From IMG/VR virus record IMGVR_UViG_3300042923_000569, positions 124,001 through 188,000 of that record: a stretch of DNA of 64,000 nt; one strand, 5' to 3'. A program made the translations under genes and the position numbers. Of the stretch, positions 39,547 to 49,644 are shown piece by piece. Positions within the stretch are counted from its first letter, which is position 1, and the number at the start of each line of letters is the position of its first letter. The notes beneath the pieces are model-generated. The model saw only the letters and a program-made list of their open reading frames with translations. It made no database searches and was not told the origin of the DNA.

Positions 39547-41329
39547 TCACTTCAGCTTGTTTTCCAGAATTAAATGAACGACTGTTTGGTGCACTTAGAT
39601 AACCTGACACTCGTCGAATAACTGACATAGTACCTTCTTCCCGGTTATCACAAGACGGACAGTGGAATCCAATTTTATCAACAGAAAACTCACCTTCAAA
39701 ATTGCATTTATAACATTTATCTACCGGTTGGTTAATACCAAAATACGGAATTCTATTATATGCATAGTCGATTAATGTTTCAAGACCCTTGATATTATTG
39801 GATAGATTTGGTGTTTCGATATAACTTATATTACCGCCATTACTCAAATAAGCAAAGCTTTCCTCATAATCCCATTTACTGAATGGAGTACTTTCTATCC
39901 ATACTGGTTGGTGGAATGAGTTGGTAATATAGTTTCGCTTAAGAATATTTGGGAATTTTAATTCAATACATCTTGCAAATTTATAACATAAACTTTCAGC
40001 AGGAGTACCATATAGACTAAAAGCTATTTTACTGTCTTCCTTAAACTGTTCACATTTATATTTCATGTAATGAAGAATTGATTTGCAATAGTCTTTATTA
40101 AGATTACCTTTCATAATTTCTGAACATTCTGCTAATCCGACAAATCCAATACTAATACTTGCATATCCATTGTAAAATAGAGTATCAATTGTTTGATTTG
40201 CGTCCAATCGAGATATAGCACCTTCCATAAACATAGTAGGATTTTGTCTTGCTTTCATCGATTTAAGACGCTCAACACGGTTCATTTGTGCTCTATATGC
40301 CATATTCATATGATGATCTATTTTGTCAAAGAAATCACCATCAGATTCAGATTCTAATGCAATAAGTGGTAAATTAATTGACACTACTCCAAGATTGAAC
40401 CGACCATCATATTGTTCATTTCCGTTTTCATCTTCCCATCTACTTAAGAAAGATCTGCATCCCATTGGAGAAACTGCAATAGTATTCGAACCAGTTACTT
40501 TACTGTTTAATGGAACCGAAACAAAATCAGGATAAATTCGTTTTGATGCAGTAATCATTGCCTGTTCTTTCAAGAAATAGTTAGGATCAGTTGGTTTAAG
40601 ATTAACCCCATCTTCAAGGAAGAAAACAACCTTTGGAAATACTGGAGTACTTTTATCAATACCTAATCCATTTTCATGAACTTTTAAGTATGATTGAGTT
40701 ATCATTTGTCCAAATTTAGATTGGTTTAAACCCATTGATATTGTTACGAATGGAGTTTGACCATTACTTGAAGTGATTGTATTAACCTGATATAAAAGGG
40801 CTTGCATTGCATCGTAAACCTCCTTCTGTAAAGACTTTTCAACATATTCATCTGGTAGGTTAAATTCTTTTTGAAGCTCTTGAAGCTTCTCGTAGGACTT
40901 CTGAACATATGGTTCTAGACCAAAATCTATATGTGCTAGTGTTTGTCCACCGTACTGACTTGCAGAGACTGCTAGTACTATTTGAGTTAGAATGGTACTA
41001 GCAACACCTATGCTATTTGGTGTTCCAACCTGTGCATTACCAATTTTAAATCCATTTTCTAACATATCTCTGTAATTTACTAAACAGCAATTGGTCAATG
41101 GGCTTATAAAATAATCTAAGTCATGTATATGACCATATCCATTATTATGCCATTGCATTAGATCTTCCGACAGTTCATCTTCCGACCAATTTTTTGAAAG
41201 TATTCCTGCAAGTAAATCACGATGTGTATTAACTATCTTCGCATCTTTATTGGCATTTTCATTAAGAAGATCTTTATTACTCTGATTCAGAAAATCAGTA
41301 ATTTCACTATAAAGTTTATTAGTATTCAT
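39512..41329 (-). CDS. nrdD: anaerobic ribonucleoside-triphosphate reductase (class III)
   Basis: NENANKD, HIHDLDY, TNCCL, PMGCRS, Zn motif, glycyl-radical RRVSGYL. Confidence 0.97.
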   Translation of the reverse strand: MNTNKLYSEITDFLNQSNKDLLNENANKDAKIVNTHRDLLAGILSKNWSEDELSEDLMQWHNNGYGHIHDLDYFISPLTNCCLVNYRDMLENGFKIGNAQVGTPNSIGVASTILTQIVLAVSASQYGGQTLAHIDFGLEPYVQKSYEKLQELQKEFNLPDEYVEKSLQKEVYDAMQALLYQVNTITSSNGQTPFVTISMGLNQSKFGQMITQSYLKVHENGLGIDKSTPVFPKVVFFLEDGVNLKPTDPNYFLKEQAMITASKRIYPDFVSVPLNSKVTGSNTIAVSPMGCRSFLSRWEDENGNEQYDGRFNLGVVSINLPLIALESESDGDFFDKIDHHMNMAYRAQMNRVERLKSMKARQNPTMFMEGAISRLDANQTIDTLFYNGYASISIGFVGLAECSEIMKGNLNKDYCKSILHYMKYKCEQFKEDSKIAFSLYGTPAESLCYKFARCIELKFPNILKRNYITNSFHQPVWIESTPFSKWDYEESFAYLSNGGNISYIETPNLSNNIKGLETLIDYAYNRIPYFGINQPVDKCYKCNFEGEFSVDKIGFHCPSCDNREEGTMSVIRRVSGYLSAPNSRSFNSGKQAEVIERTKHTKIES

Positions 41330-41435
41330 TGACGCTCCATGTCTTATTATGTGATTTATTTACAGACTTAAAAATGAAAAAACCCCAAATAATGGGGTAA
41401 ATTAATTGATATAAATCAATATAAAGTGAGAAAAG

Positions 41436-41849
41436 TTAACCAAACTTCTCTTTTAGTTTTTCCAAATCGATACTGTATCTTTTACCTTCCCACTGAACAG
41501 GGTCGTCACCGTGTGGGTCAAGTCGAGTATGCATAGCACCTCCCCAATAATGGGTATTCCAAAGTTTACGCTTTGAGCAGCATCCTTTAAGATTTAATTT
41601 ATGAAGTACTTGTCTGACTAAATTGATATGTACGTTGCATTCAACTGAAAGTTTTTCTGCGTACCAGATATAATCAACTGATGGATGTAAACCTTTACCA
41701 TCCAGAAGACCGGCAACTATTACATCAAACGCTTTTTCCAAACTCATTTTCTTACCATCTGGAAAATGCATTTTTGGTCGTTTCTGACCTTTATAGTTGT
41801 TACCGTCAAAAATCCATCGACGGTAACACTTTTCGTTCTCCCTACTCAT
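41436..41849 (-). CDS. hypothetical protein
   Basis: 137-aa ORF. Confidence 0.6.
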   Translation of the reverse strand: MSRENEKCYRRWIFDGNNYKGQKRPKMHFPDGKKMSLEKAFDVIVAGLLDGKGLHPSVDYIWYAEKLSVECNVHINLVRQVLHKLNLKGCCSKRKLWNTHYWGGAMHTRLDPHGDDPVQWEGKRYSIDLEKLKEKFG

Positions 41850-41974
41850 TATTTTTCCTTACTAATAAAAATTTCATTAAAGATAAAAATAAAAAATGAA
41901 ATAGCAATTAATCCAATACCAGCAAGTGCTATTCCATAGAACCAAGCTAGAAAAATTAAAATATCATGTAACAT
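41849..41974 (-). CDS. small membrane protein (41 aa, not in ORF track)
   Basis: MLHDILIFLAWFYGIALAGIGLIAISFFIFIFNEIFISKEK; start and stop overlap both neighbours. Confidence 0.65.
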   Translation of the reverse strand: MLHDILIFLAWFYGIALAGIGLIAISFFIFIFNEIFISKEK

Positions 41975-42525
41975 CAGTGTGTCTCAAAAATGAATTTTCG
42001 GCTAAGTACTTCTAAAATACGTTCAGGCATTTCTTCATGTGTGTACTGACGCATATCGATAAATGGAATATTCATATCTACTAGAGTTTGAACGAATAGA
42101 TCATCAATGACCTTTGCTTCTTCTAGTGTTTGTGTGCGTCCATATGCATCATATTCTGGTTTACGTGGTAGTAGAAATACAATATTATCATACTGGCGGT
42201 AAAGCTCAAATGCTATTTCTGTACTGATATTATCGGGATCTTCATAAAATTCGTTGTAGATGATACCATTTAGTAATGATGCATCAGATACAACAAAATC
42301 CACCTTACCAGCTAAACGGAAAAGGCGGTGATTTTGTTGTGCAGTGATTAGTACCTGATCCTGCATTGCCATTTTGTTTTCATCGTATACATAATCTTTA
42401 ATGACTTCTGTTACGATTTCAACTTTCTTATTGGTGTGCAACTTCATTTTAGCAAATAGACCTGCTGCTGTGGTGCTTTTACCACAGCATGGACCGCCAA
42501 CTAAATTAATTATTACTGTATCCAT
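41974..42525 (-). CDS. NadR-like P-loop kinase/ATPase (AAA_28-type)
   Basis: INLVGGPCCGKSTTA, VTEVIKD, VVSDASLL, GRTQTLEEA. Confidence 0.75.
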   Translation of the reverse strand: MDTVIINLVGGPCCGKSTTAAGLFAKMKLHTNKKVEIVTEVIKDYVYDENKMAMQDQVLITAQQNHRLFRLAGKVDFVVSDASLLNGIIYNEFYEDPDNISTEIAFELYRQYDNIVFLLPRKPEYDAYGRTQTLEEAKVIDDLFVQTLVDMNIPFIDMRQYTHEEMPERILEVLSRKFIFETH

Positions 42526-42545
42526 ATATTATCCTTATATTTTTA

Positions 42546-43595
42546 TTAATACCGGTTCGCTTCTGTAATCGTATAATTCTTTCGGTCAGCGTGTTGAGTA
42601 AGTCCTAATAGTTCTACTAGTACTTTGTCAATTTCTGGACCCCAAGCTGGACCTAATGCAACATTACCAGTATAGGTATTAATGTTAGTAATATTAGATG
42701 GTAATGCAATTAGCATAGGATCAAAAATATCCCATTGAATTTGTGCACGAGCTTCTTGAAATTGCTGTTCCATTTGTCGTTCACGTGCTGCTTGTTCTGC
42801 AATTTGAATACGTTGCTGTGTTAATTCTTCTTGTAACCGATCAATTTGTTGCTGCTGTTGTACTAGAGTTTGGCGAATATTATTCAACTCAGTACTCATA
42901 TTATCAACTTTTTTACTTAAGCTTTCAATCTGCGTAATCATACCAATTAACATAGGTAGAATAATTTTGATTGAAGTGAAGGCTTGTCTAACAGAAGAGG
43001 GAACAAAAAACTCATATGTCAAATCTTTAGCATGTCGTTCAATGTTGTAGTACTGGATAGGACACACCAACCATGCATTCATATGGTTACTTTTAGTATG
43101 AGAGACGAATCTATCATAAAAGTTAATTACTTGTCGTGAGTATCCATTATCATCATAACGGTCACGCTCAACTAATGTTTTATTGACATATTGTTCAGGA
43201 ATAATAAGAAGACCTAGTTTCTCTGCCACTTCAATAATATTTTCCATTTTTGCACGAGGTGCATTATGAATTTTAGGATTATATAGTTTATGTCGAAAAG
43301 TGGTATCATACGTTGAGAACTCAATATTCTGGATAGCTTTAGATACTTTCATATCTAAAAAATCAGTACCTTTACGATTTTCAAGTAATGTGTTATTGAA
43401 TTTTTCAACTAACTCTTCAACCGCACTGTTCACAGCTCTTCGAGAATTTTGGTCACCATGAGTTTTAACCAAATCCAAAAATTGTTTAGTAGTGGATTCA
43501 AATGACTCAACTTGATTTCGTATCTCTTCTTCGTACTTTGATGCTTTCTTACTGTTTCCATATGAAATATCTTTTACTAAATCTACTAAAATCAT
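42546..43595 (-). CDS. hypothetical coiled-coil protein
   Basis: 349 aa with a Q/E-rich heptad segment. Confidence 0.7.
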   Translation of the reverse strand: MILVDLVKDISYGNSKKASKYEEEIRNQVESFESTTKQFLDLVKTHGDQNSRRAVNSAVEELVEKFNNTLLENRKGTDFLDMKVSKAIQNIEFSTYDTTFRHKLYNPKIHNAPRAKMENIIEVAEKLGLLIIPEQYVNKTLVERDRYDDNGYSRQVINFYDRFVSHTKSNHMNAWLVCPIQYYNIERHAKDLTYEFFVPSSVRQAFTSIKIILPMLIGMITQIESLSKKVDNMSTELNNIRQTLVQQQQQIDRLQEELTQQRIQIAEQAARERQMEQQFQEARAQIQWDIFDPMLIALPSNITNINTYTGNVALGPAWGPEIDKVLVELLGLTQHADRKNYTITEANRY

Positions 43596-43861
43596 TCTTT
43601 ATCTCCATGTAATCCAATGAAACGGCGATACCACGAAAGTAGTGGTCCATTAAAATCTGCATTGTATCTTGATGAACGCAAGCGTGCATGAATTGAAATA
43701 GCACTTTGAAAGTACTTTGTCATTTCGAATGTTTCATTTGCTTTTTCTTCAAGAATCTGTTTGAATAGAAACTTCACGGTATCAATGTAAAGTTCAGATT
43801 CATTACCTTGTTCAAATATATCTACAATCTGTTTTAGATAAACATCTTCAAGTGTACTCAA
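43592..43861 (-). CDS. hypothetical protein
   Basis: 89-aa ORF. Confidence 0.6.
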   Translation of the reverse strand: MSTLEDVYLKQIVDIFEQGNESELYIDTVKFLFKQILEEKANETFEMTKYFQSAISIHARLRSSRYNADFNGPLLSWYRRFIGLHGDKE

Positions 43862-44213
43862 CTTCTTTTACTCCAAAAGCTTCAATAGCTTTTTCACAAA
43901 TAGGGCATGGTTTAGCTGGAAGTGGATTACCTTCACAATCTACCCTAGCGATTAACAACTTATGTACTACTTTTTTTGCTGCAATCAGTGTTGCAATCTC
44001 TGCATGAAGAAAGATTGCCTCTGGTCGTCCAACTTGAACTGCGAAATGTTTTTGCAGGGGATGTGAACAATCATAATCATTAGTTTTCATTGAAAGTACT
44101 TTACCTTTTTTATCTAAAGCACATGCAATGATTTTATACTTCTTTCGAGTATTCTTTACCTGTAATAAGGACGGCATATCCTTCAATATGCCGATTAACT
44201 TTTTCATTTTCAT
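43848..44213 (-). CDS. zinc-dependent cytidine/CMP deaminase-fold protein
   Basis: HAE...PCPIC motifs. Confidence 0.8.
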   Translation of the reverse strand: MKMKKLIGILKDMPSLLQVKNTRKKYKIIACALDKKGKVLSMKTNDYDCSHPLQKHFAVQVGRPEAIFLHAEIATLIAAKKVVHKLLIARVDCEGNPLPAKPCPICEKAIEAFGVKEVEYT

Positions 44214-44851
44214 TTTGGAAAGCCGTAGCGATCCACATCATATCCAGCTTCCAATGAAGCTCGTGCAATCTTGAGGTCGTGGTCTAGGGCAAAATGCTCA
44301 CATTCAATTTCGTAATACTCTGTCATTGAAATTGATTTATCCGAACCTTTTTCACGCAAAACTTCTTCATACTTTTTCATTGTATCAATTTCGTTACGAA
44401 GTTCTACGATTTCTTCCATTGTGTACATTACTGGTTCTGCATATTCATAATCTGCATCACCTACTGGAATTGTTTTAACCGAAGCCATGAATGCATCTAA
44501 GTTGAAACCTTTCATTGATTCTTCACGATGTTTATCTAAATCTTCTTTTGTATAATCACCGTATGCAGCCAACACACCTTGATATAGTGCTTCTACTGCT
44601 TCTTCCCATGAATCACCACCACAATCTAATTTCCATTCATGTGCGTGATTTTCCATTTCGAATTGTTCATCGTAATTTGGAACCATCAACTCAACCCAAA
44701 ATTGTAATTTGGTGTTCACTGACTGGATACGTTCAACACGATTTGTTTCTGGACAAACCATGTGTGGGGTGATTTCAATGATTGCATCACGACCGAATGG
44801 TACATATGCTGGATGGTTTGTAATCCAATAATACTTATCACAGATGTTCAT
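44210..44851 (-). CDS. hypothetical protein
   Basis: 213-aa ORF. Confidence 0.65.
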   Translation of the reverse strand: MNICDKYYWITNHPAYVPFGRDAIIEITPHMVCPETNRVERIQSVNTKLQFWVELMVPNYDEQFEMENHAHEWKLDCGGDSWEEAVEALYQGVLAAYGDYTKEDLDKHREESMKGFNLDAFMASVKTIPVGDADYEYAEPVMYTMEEIVELRNEIDTMKKYEEVLREKGSDKSISMTEYYEIECEHFALDHDLKIARASLEAGYDVDRYGFPK

Positions 44852-44863
44852 TTAATTTCCTCT

Positions 44864-45097
44864 TTACCATTGACCTGGTAAGCCAATGTTTTCGCCTGAT
44901 TCTTGATAGTAATCCCAATCTTGGGTATTACCAGAATAGTAATCGCTTTGTTCCTGAGTACGGACTTTGTTTTTAATCTTTTTAGTTTGTTTTTTAGAAA
45001 AAAGGCAAGTACCGTCAGTCAATCGACCAACGGCTTGTTCACCACTTTTTACTTGACGCCCTTTATTCTTCCACTGTTTGTATGTACGATAACTCAT
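44864..45097 (-). CDS. hypothetical protein
   Basis: 77 aa; TYKQWKNKGRQVKSGE motif. Confidence 0.6.
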   Translation of the reverse strand: MSYRTYKQWKNKGRQVKSGEQAVGRLTDGTCLFSKKQTKKIKNKVRTQEQSDYYSGNTQDWDYYQESGENIGLPGQW

Positions 45098-45514
45098 TTA
45101 TTTCCTTCGTTTATCTGGCTTAATTCCAAAGAAGTAAATGGACTCGCCAACATTAATCGTACTTTTGTCATACCTTGCACGATCTTCCGGTGATAATTTA
45201 TTATATCCATCTTCATATTCACTACTGTTTTCAATGCCAGTTAGATTGAATAATTCAATTGCGAAGCGACCTTGACCATAGCTGAATGGGATATGGCGGC
45301 TTTTTCCTGGAGATATGGTATTTTTTGAAAGATATTCATCACAAATCTTGCGACCATGTTCACGTAGTATCAAGTCACGTTCTTCATATGAGGATGCTAG
45401 CATTTGGTTAGCTTGTTTAGAAGCATCACGAATTTCATTTGTAATGAGTTTTTCCTTATATCCTTTAGAACGAGTTCCAGCCCATACAATATTACCACCG
45501 TTACTGAATGACAT
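45098..45514 (-). CDS. hypothetical protein
   Basis: Start placed at MSFSNGG after a GAGG RBS. Confidence 0.6.
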   Translation of the reverse strand: MSFSNGGNIVWAGTRSKGYKEKLITNEIRDASKQANQMLASSYEERDLILREHGRKICDEYLSKNTISPGKSRHIPFSYGQGRFAIELFNLTGIENSSEYEDGYNKLSPEDRARYDKSTINVGESIYFFGIKPDKRRK

Positions 45515-45672
45515 TTTCAACCTCTCTTCTCTCAATTAAAAAGAAATACAACGCCCTGGAATTTTGGTAGTTACGTTGAGTAGGGATATTCCAGTACTAG
45601 CATTGCAGCGTAAACGGTCTTACATCTGGTTTTTGCCAGAAAGCACGGCTTTATATTTCTCAGTTCTTTATT

Positions 45673-46938
45673 TTACCGACGACGATTCTCAATAATGATA
45701 AATGTGTTTTTACCACGTTGTAGAACAAAATACTTGTCATCGATAATATTAACATCTTCAGTGAAGACTAACTCTTTAGTATCATAAAATTCATTTGCCT
45801 TGCGACCATTAATTTTAATCGCACCGTTATCAATGAATTCACGAGCCATTTTACGAGACGTGGCAATACCAGAATCTACCAATAATGATACTAATTCTAG
45901 TGAATCAGTACTGCCCTCTACTTCAAAGCCACTATCAATCATCATCTTAACAGCTTCTTCTGTTAAGTCAATAGTATCGCCAAATAAAAATGAACTAATA
46001 TCACGAGCCAGATCCGCAGCAAGTTCACCATGAATAGTTTCGGTCATTTTGTAGGCGAACTGAAGTTTAACGAAATTTGGGTTAACTTTCATTTCACGTT
46101 CAATATCTTTTACATCAAATCCAAATGGTTTAAAGTACTGGTACAACTTCGGTACTTCTGCATCATCCACATTACGCCAGAACTGGAAGAAATGGAATGG
46201 TGAAGTACGCTTTGAACCTAACCAAATAGTACCAGATTCTGATTTACCGAATTTAGTACCGTCAGCTTTAGTTACCAAAGGTAGAGTAATAACACCACAC
46301 TGAGCATCATTTCCATGAAGTTTATGAATCAAGTCAGTTCCTGCAATCATATTACCCCATTGATCCGATCCACCGATTTGAATTTTACAATTAAGCATAT
46401 CATACAGTAATTCGAAATCCATTCCCTGAAGAATTGGATAGGCGAACTCAGTAAATGAAATTCCCTGATCTGGTCGTTCAATACGAGAACGTACTGATTC
46501 TTTATTAATCATGTTATTCACAGTAAATGCCTTACCGTAATCACGTAGGAAGTCTAACATATTAATGTCTTTCATCCAACTTTGATTGTTTACGATCTGA
46601 ACATCATTACCAAGAATGGAATTGATTACAGAAATGATACCTGCGATATTTTTGTCAATTGTATCCCAATCCATCATAGAACGTTCTTCGGATTTAAAGC
46701 TTGGATCGCCAATTGAACCGGTAGCTCCACCGACCAACGCAATAACATTTACACCGTGTTTCTTGAACACTTTCATTACTGTAAGTGGAAGGAGACTACC
46801 AATATGCAATGAATCAGCAGTTGGATCGAACCCACAATAAACTGCGGAACCTTCATCTAATAGTTTAGAAAGTACTTCAATATCAGTACTTTGATTAATA
46901 AGACCACGTTCTTTTAATTCTACCAATGCTGAATGCAT
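45673..46938 (-). CDS. tyrS: tyrosyl-tRNA synthetase
   Basis: YCGFDPTADSLHIGS (HIGH), QIGGSDQWGN, KFGKS, C-terminal S4 domain (AREFIDNGAIKING). Confidence 0.96.
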   Translation of the reverse strand: MHSALVELKERGLINQSTDIEVLSKLLDEGSAVYCGFDPTADSLHIGSLLPLTVMKVFKKHGVNVIALVGGATGSIGDPSFKSEERSMMDWDTIDKNIAGIISVINSILGNDVQIVNNQSWMKDINMLDFLRDYGKAFTVNNMINKESVRSRIERPDQGISFTEFAYPILQGMDFELLYDMLNCKIQIGGSDQWGNMIAGTDLIHKLHGNDAQCGVITLPLVTKADGTKFGKSESGTIWLGSKRTSPFHFFQFWRNVDDAEVPKLYQYFKPFGFDVKDIEREMKVNPNFVKLQFAYKMTETIHGELAADLARDISSFLFGDTIDLTEEAVKMMIDSGFEVEGSTDSLELVSLLVDSGIATSRKMAREFIDNGAIKINGRKANEFYDTKELVFTEDVNIIDDKYFVLQRGKNTFIIIENRRR

Positions 46939-46949
46939 ATTATTAAACC

Positions 46950-47234
46950 TTATTCTTCTGAGTTATCTTCAACAATACCAAGAATACATTCTTCTGGCAT
47001 TATCATAATATATTCACCATCAATCTTTTCACGATGAATACGACTGTCACCTTCAATATAGGTAACAATATCACCTTGATTGATTTGGGCTTGAACACCG
47101 GGACCAACAGAAACAACTTCTGCATGGGTAGTGTTGTCTTCACCAGTTGCAGTAAGGATGATTCCACCTGCACTTTTAGCTTCACGAATTACTTTTTTCA
47201 CAATTAAGTGGAAATGTACTGGACGAATGTTCAT
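46950..47234 (-). CDS. groES: GroES-like co-chaperonin
   Basis: MNIRP...SAGGIIL...EVVSVGPG...EECILGIV. Confidence 0.88.
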   Translation of the reverse strand: MNIRPVHFHLIVKKVIREAKSAGGIILTATGEDNTTHAEVVSVGPGVQAQINQGDIVTYIEGDSRIHREKIDGEYIMIMPEECILGIVEDNSEE

Positions 47235-47238
47235 TATA

Positions 47239-47850
47239 TTATTCCTCAATCTTACGGAATTCAACAGTAAGTCCTGCTGCTTCAGCAGCTTTAATGCCGT
47301 ATTCCATCCCTTTACTAATACCACGATCAATATAAACTACTGAACCTTGTGCAACTTCTTTCCATGCTAGACCTGCATCAATTCCCCATTGACGTTCTTC
47401 TGGAATATCATCATCCAAAATCCCATCTTGGGTATAAAGTAAATGGCTAGCAATTGGTGCTTCACCTAAAGAAAGAGAATGTCTTACACATTTACGAGCG
47501 TATTCAATATTTTCTTCTACTGTGTACTCATTGGTTGCAGCAAATGGGGATTCTAGAATAACTAATTTCTTCTCAACATTTGTATACTCAACCGAACTAA
47601 GTCTATCATACTGTTCAATAAATTGCAAGGCTACCGCCGCAACTTGAATCAATTCTTCTCGTGCCGTGCCTGCGTGAGAGCCACCAAATTCATCGTGAAG
47701 AATCGCTTGACAAACCTCGCCAACCTCTTCACCTAAAATTGTGTTCCATACGAAAGGATGTTGGTCACGATCTGCTCCCCATTTTTCATCCTGGCTATTC
47801 ATTTCTGCAATAACGTCCTGTAACGCTTTTGTTTTTGCATGTTTTGTCAT
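47239..47850 (-). CDS. MazG-like NTP pyrophosphatase fused to a nucleoside 2-deoxyribosyltransferase-like domain
   Basis: ILGEEVGEVCQAI...REELIQVAAVA; C-terminal VILESPFA...PIASHLLY...GMEYGI. Confidence 0.7.
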   Translation of the reverse strand: MTKHAKTKALQDVIAEMNSQDEKWGADRDQHPFVWNTILGEEVGEVCQAILHDEFGGSHAGTAREELIQVAAVALQFIEQYDRLSSVEYTNVEKKLVILESPFAATNEYTVEENIEYARKCVRHSLSLGEAPIASHLLYTQDGILDDDIPEERQWGIDAGLAWKEVAQGSVVYIDRGISKGMEYGIKAAEAAGLTVEFRKIEE

Positions 47851-47852
47851 TT

Positions 47853-48173
47853 TTAATTCCCTTTAATAAAAGTACTGGCACGTTCCCTTCGTGCAGTTGG
47901 TACAAAGTTCCAGTACCCATCTTTGCAATTTTTATTTTTACGTGTTCTTCCATTAGAACAGAACACTTTATTGTAAGTACTTTTCACAATAGCTTTATTA
48001 CAGAACGGACAACGAATAGTAGTACCAGTTTCTGCGTTTTTAGCATCATTATAACGCTTACACATTTCTGTTCTTTTATTCTCAGTATATAAAAATTTCT
48101 GTTCTGCTTCTTGTTCTTCGAAATGATCTTCAGCTTGTCTGCCCCAATCTTCGTCATCCATTCCATAACCCAT
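47853..48173 (-). CDS. hypothetical zinc-finger protein
   Basis: CPFC...FCS...C. Confidence 0.65.
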   Translation of the reverse strand: MGYGMDDEDWGRQAEDHFEEQEAEQKFLYTENKRTEMCKRYNDAKNAETGTTIRCPFCNKAIVKSTYNKVFCSNGRTRKNKNCKDGYWNFVPTARRERASTFIKGN

Positions 48174-48174
48174 A

Positions 48175-48993
48175 TTACTTACCTACAATAGTACGCCACT
48201 TTTGTAACTTCTTATTCATGTACTTAATAAATTCAATTTCAATTTCTTTTGCTGATGATCCTGGGAATTGAAGTGCAAACATATCCATTGCACAAATTGC
48301 CAAATCCACGGCTTCTCCAGCAACACCATCAGAACCAGCATCTTTATAAGAAAGACCTAATTCAATTTGGTCTTCAAGGGCCATTTCGCCTAGTTCTTCC
48401 ATGCATTTTTTGAATACATAATCATTAGTTCTAAACTGGTTTTCACCGTTAGTACCTAATTCAACAGATAATTCAAACATTGGTGCTAGTGTAATATCAA
48501 GAACATTATTATCGGTAGTATTTTCATATGTTGCATTTTTAACTGTCTGCAACGCCCAAATCTGTGTTTTGTAATAATGTTGATATGCTTCTTGTTCTTC
48601 TGCTGTTAGTAGTTTTACAAGTGGATCAATTTCATTTTCATCGTAACGTTTTAGAATGGTATAAATGTTAGAACCTTGTGCAACAAAATCGGCTTCATCT
48701 GAAATACCATTATTCCATAGTTCTGCTAGTGTTTGGCATTGAGCCAGTACTGAACCTAATTCGGTTAGCTTAATAAAATATACTTCATTATCAACAGTGA
48801 ATTGATGAATGTCATATGAAATAATTAATCCAGTCTGAATTAAATTTTCAATTACATTTCCATTAAATTTTTGAAATCCTAAACATTCATTATCAAGGTA
48901 CTGTACTGTAATAGTAGATAATTTTTCGTACATTAGTTTCAGTAATTCACGTGCCAAACCGACTTCGGATGAATCAAGTTTAATATTTTCCAT
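48175..48993 (-). CDS. protein with C-terminal MazG-like domain
   Basis: KCMEELGEMA...GEAVDLAICAMD...KKLQKW. Confidence 0.6.
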   Translation of the reverse strand: MENIKLDSSEVGLARELLKLMYEKLSTITVQYLDNECLGFQKFNGNVIENLIQTGLIISYDIHQFTVDNEVYFIKLTELGSVLAQCQTLAELWNNGISDEADFVAQGSNIYTILKRYDENEIDPLVKLLTAEEQEAYQHYYKTQIWALQTVKNATYENTTDNNVLDITLAPMFELSVELGTNGENQFRTNDYVFKKCMEELGEMALEDQIELGLSYKDAGSDGVAGEAVDLAICAMDMFALQFPGSSAKEIEIEFIKYMNKKLQKWRTIVGK

Positions 48994-49020
48994 TTTGTAC
49001 CAATAAAAGAAAAGGAAGCA

Positions 49021-49569
49021 TTAGCTTCCTTTGTGTTGACGTTTACGTTTTGTGCAATCTTTCCATGAAAGGCTTCGGCGGGTAATGATATCATCCCACG
49101 GATTAGGAATGCAGCGACGGCGACCGCGAAATTCTGGTTCACCTTCTTCTTTAACGACTCCAGCAATAGCCCTACGTTCAGCCATAGTTTCCATACGACG
49201 ATCATATGTAGTACTGTGACTTTTACCGCCACGATTACAACGCCAAGCCAAACTATACGGATAAATGTACGATCTATCGAAGTGCTTTTCATTATGACTT
49301 TTATATTCACCTTTGAATAACTCTGGTGAAATCATCATATTATTTTCAGTATAAAGATAGAAACTACGATGCAAGATAGTATCATTGTACTTATTGTAGT
49401 AGTGATAATTCCAGAAAGGAGTTTTCTCGTAATTACATAACCACTTCATACGATAATAGAATTCTTGTACACCACCATAAAAATTAGTACTGATCCAGTT
49501 TAATAAATCACTAGTTTCTACTATTTTACCATCATCAAAGAAGATTTTAAAAGTTTGTTTAAAGAACAT
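49021..49569 (-). CDS. hypothetical phage protein
   Basis: C-terminal RRCIPNPWDD...SWKDCTKRKRQ motif. Confidence 0.65.
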   Translation of the reverse strand: MFFKQTFKIFFDDGKIVETSDLLNWISTNFYGGVQEFYYRMKWLCNYEKTPFWNYHYYNKYNDTILHRSFYLYTENNMMISPELFKGEYKSHNEKHFDRSYIYPYSLAWRCNRGGKSHSTTYDRRMETMAERRAIAGVVKEEGEPEFRGRRRCIPNPWDDIITRRSLSWKDCTKRKRQHKGS

Positions 49570-49644
49570 ATGTTCCTCCTTATTATGTTAATATCATAAT
49601 CGGAAAGTCATACGCCCCTTTATTAGTTTAATCATTTTATTTCC

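Noticed and set aside
39512-41329. Intron or intein in nrdD
   Set aside because: The ORF is continuous at 605 aa, with no LAGLIDADG/HNH insert or intein termini
45530-45670. c-di-GMP-I (GEMM) riboswitch or T-box reading of the post-tyrS element
   Set aside because: GGCAAAAACC is present but the GAAA-tetraloop/GACGCAAAG core is missing; a T-box would lie upstream of tyrS and no T-box motif is seen
46950-47330. Long gene overlaps implied by the track (e.g. 46950..47330, 28198..28761, 15790..16020, 3254..3475, 22963..23217)
   Set aside because: Explained by over-extended upstream starts or alternative-frame shadows; downstream ATGs with RBS give normal 1-4 nt couplings
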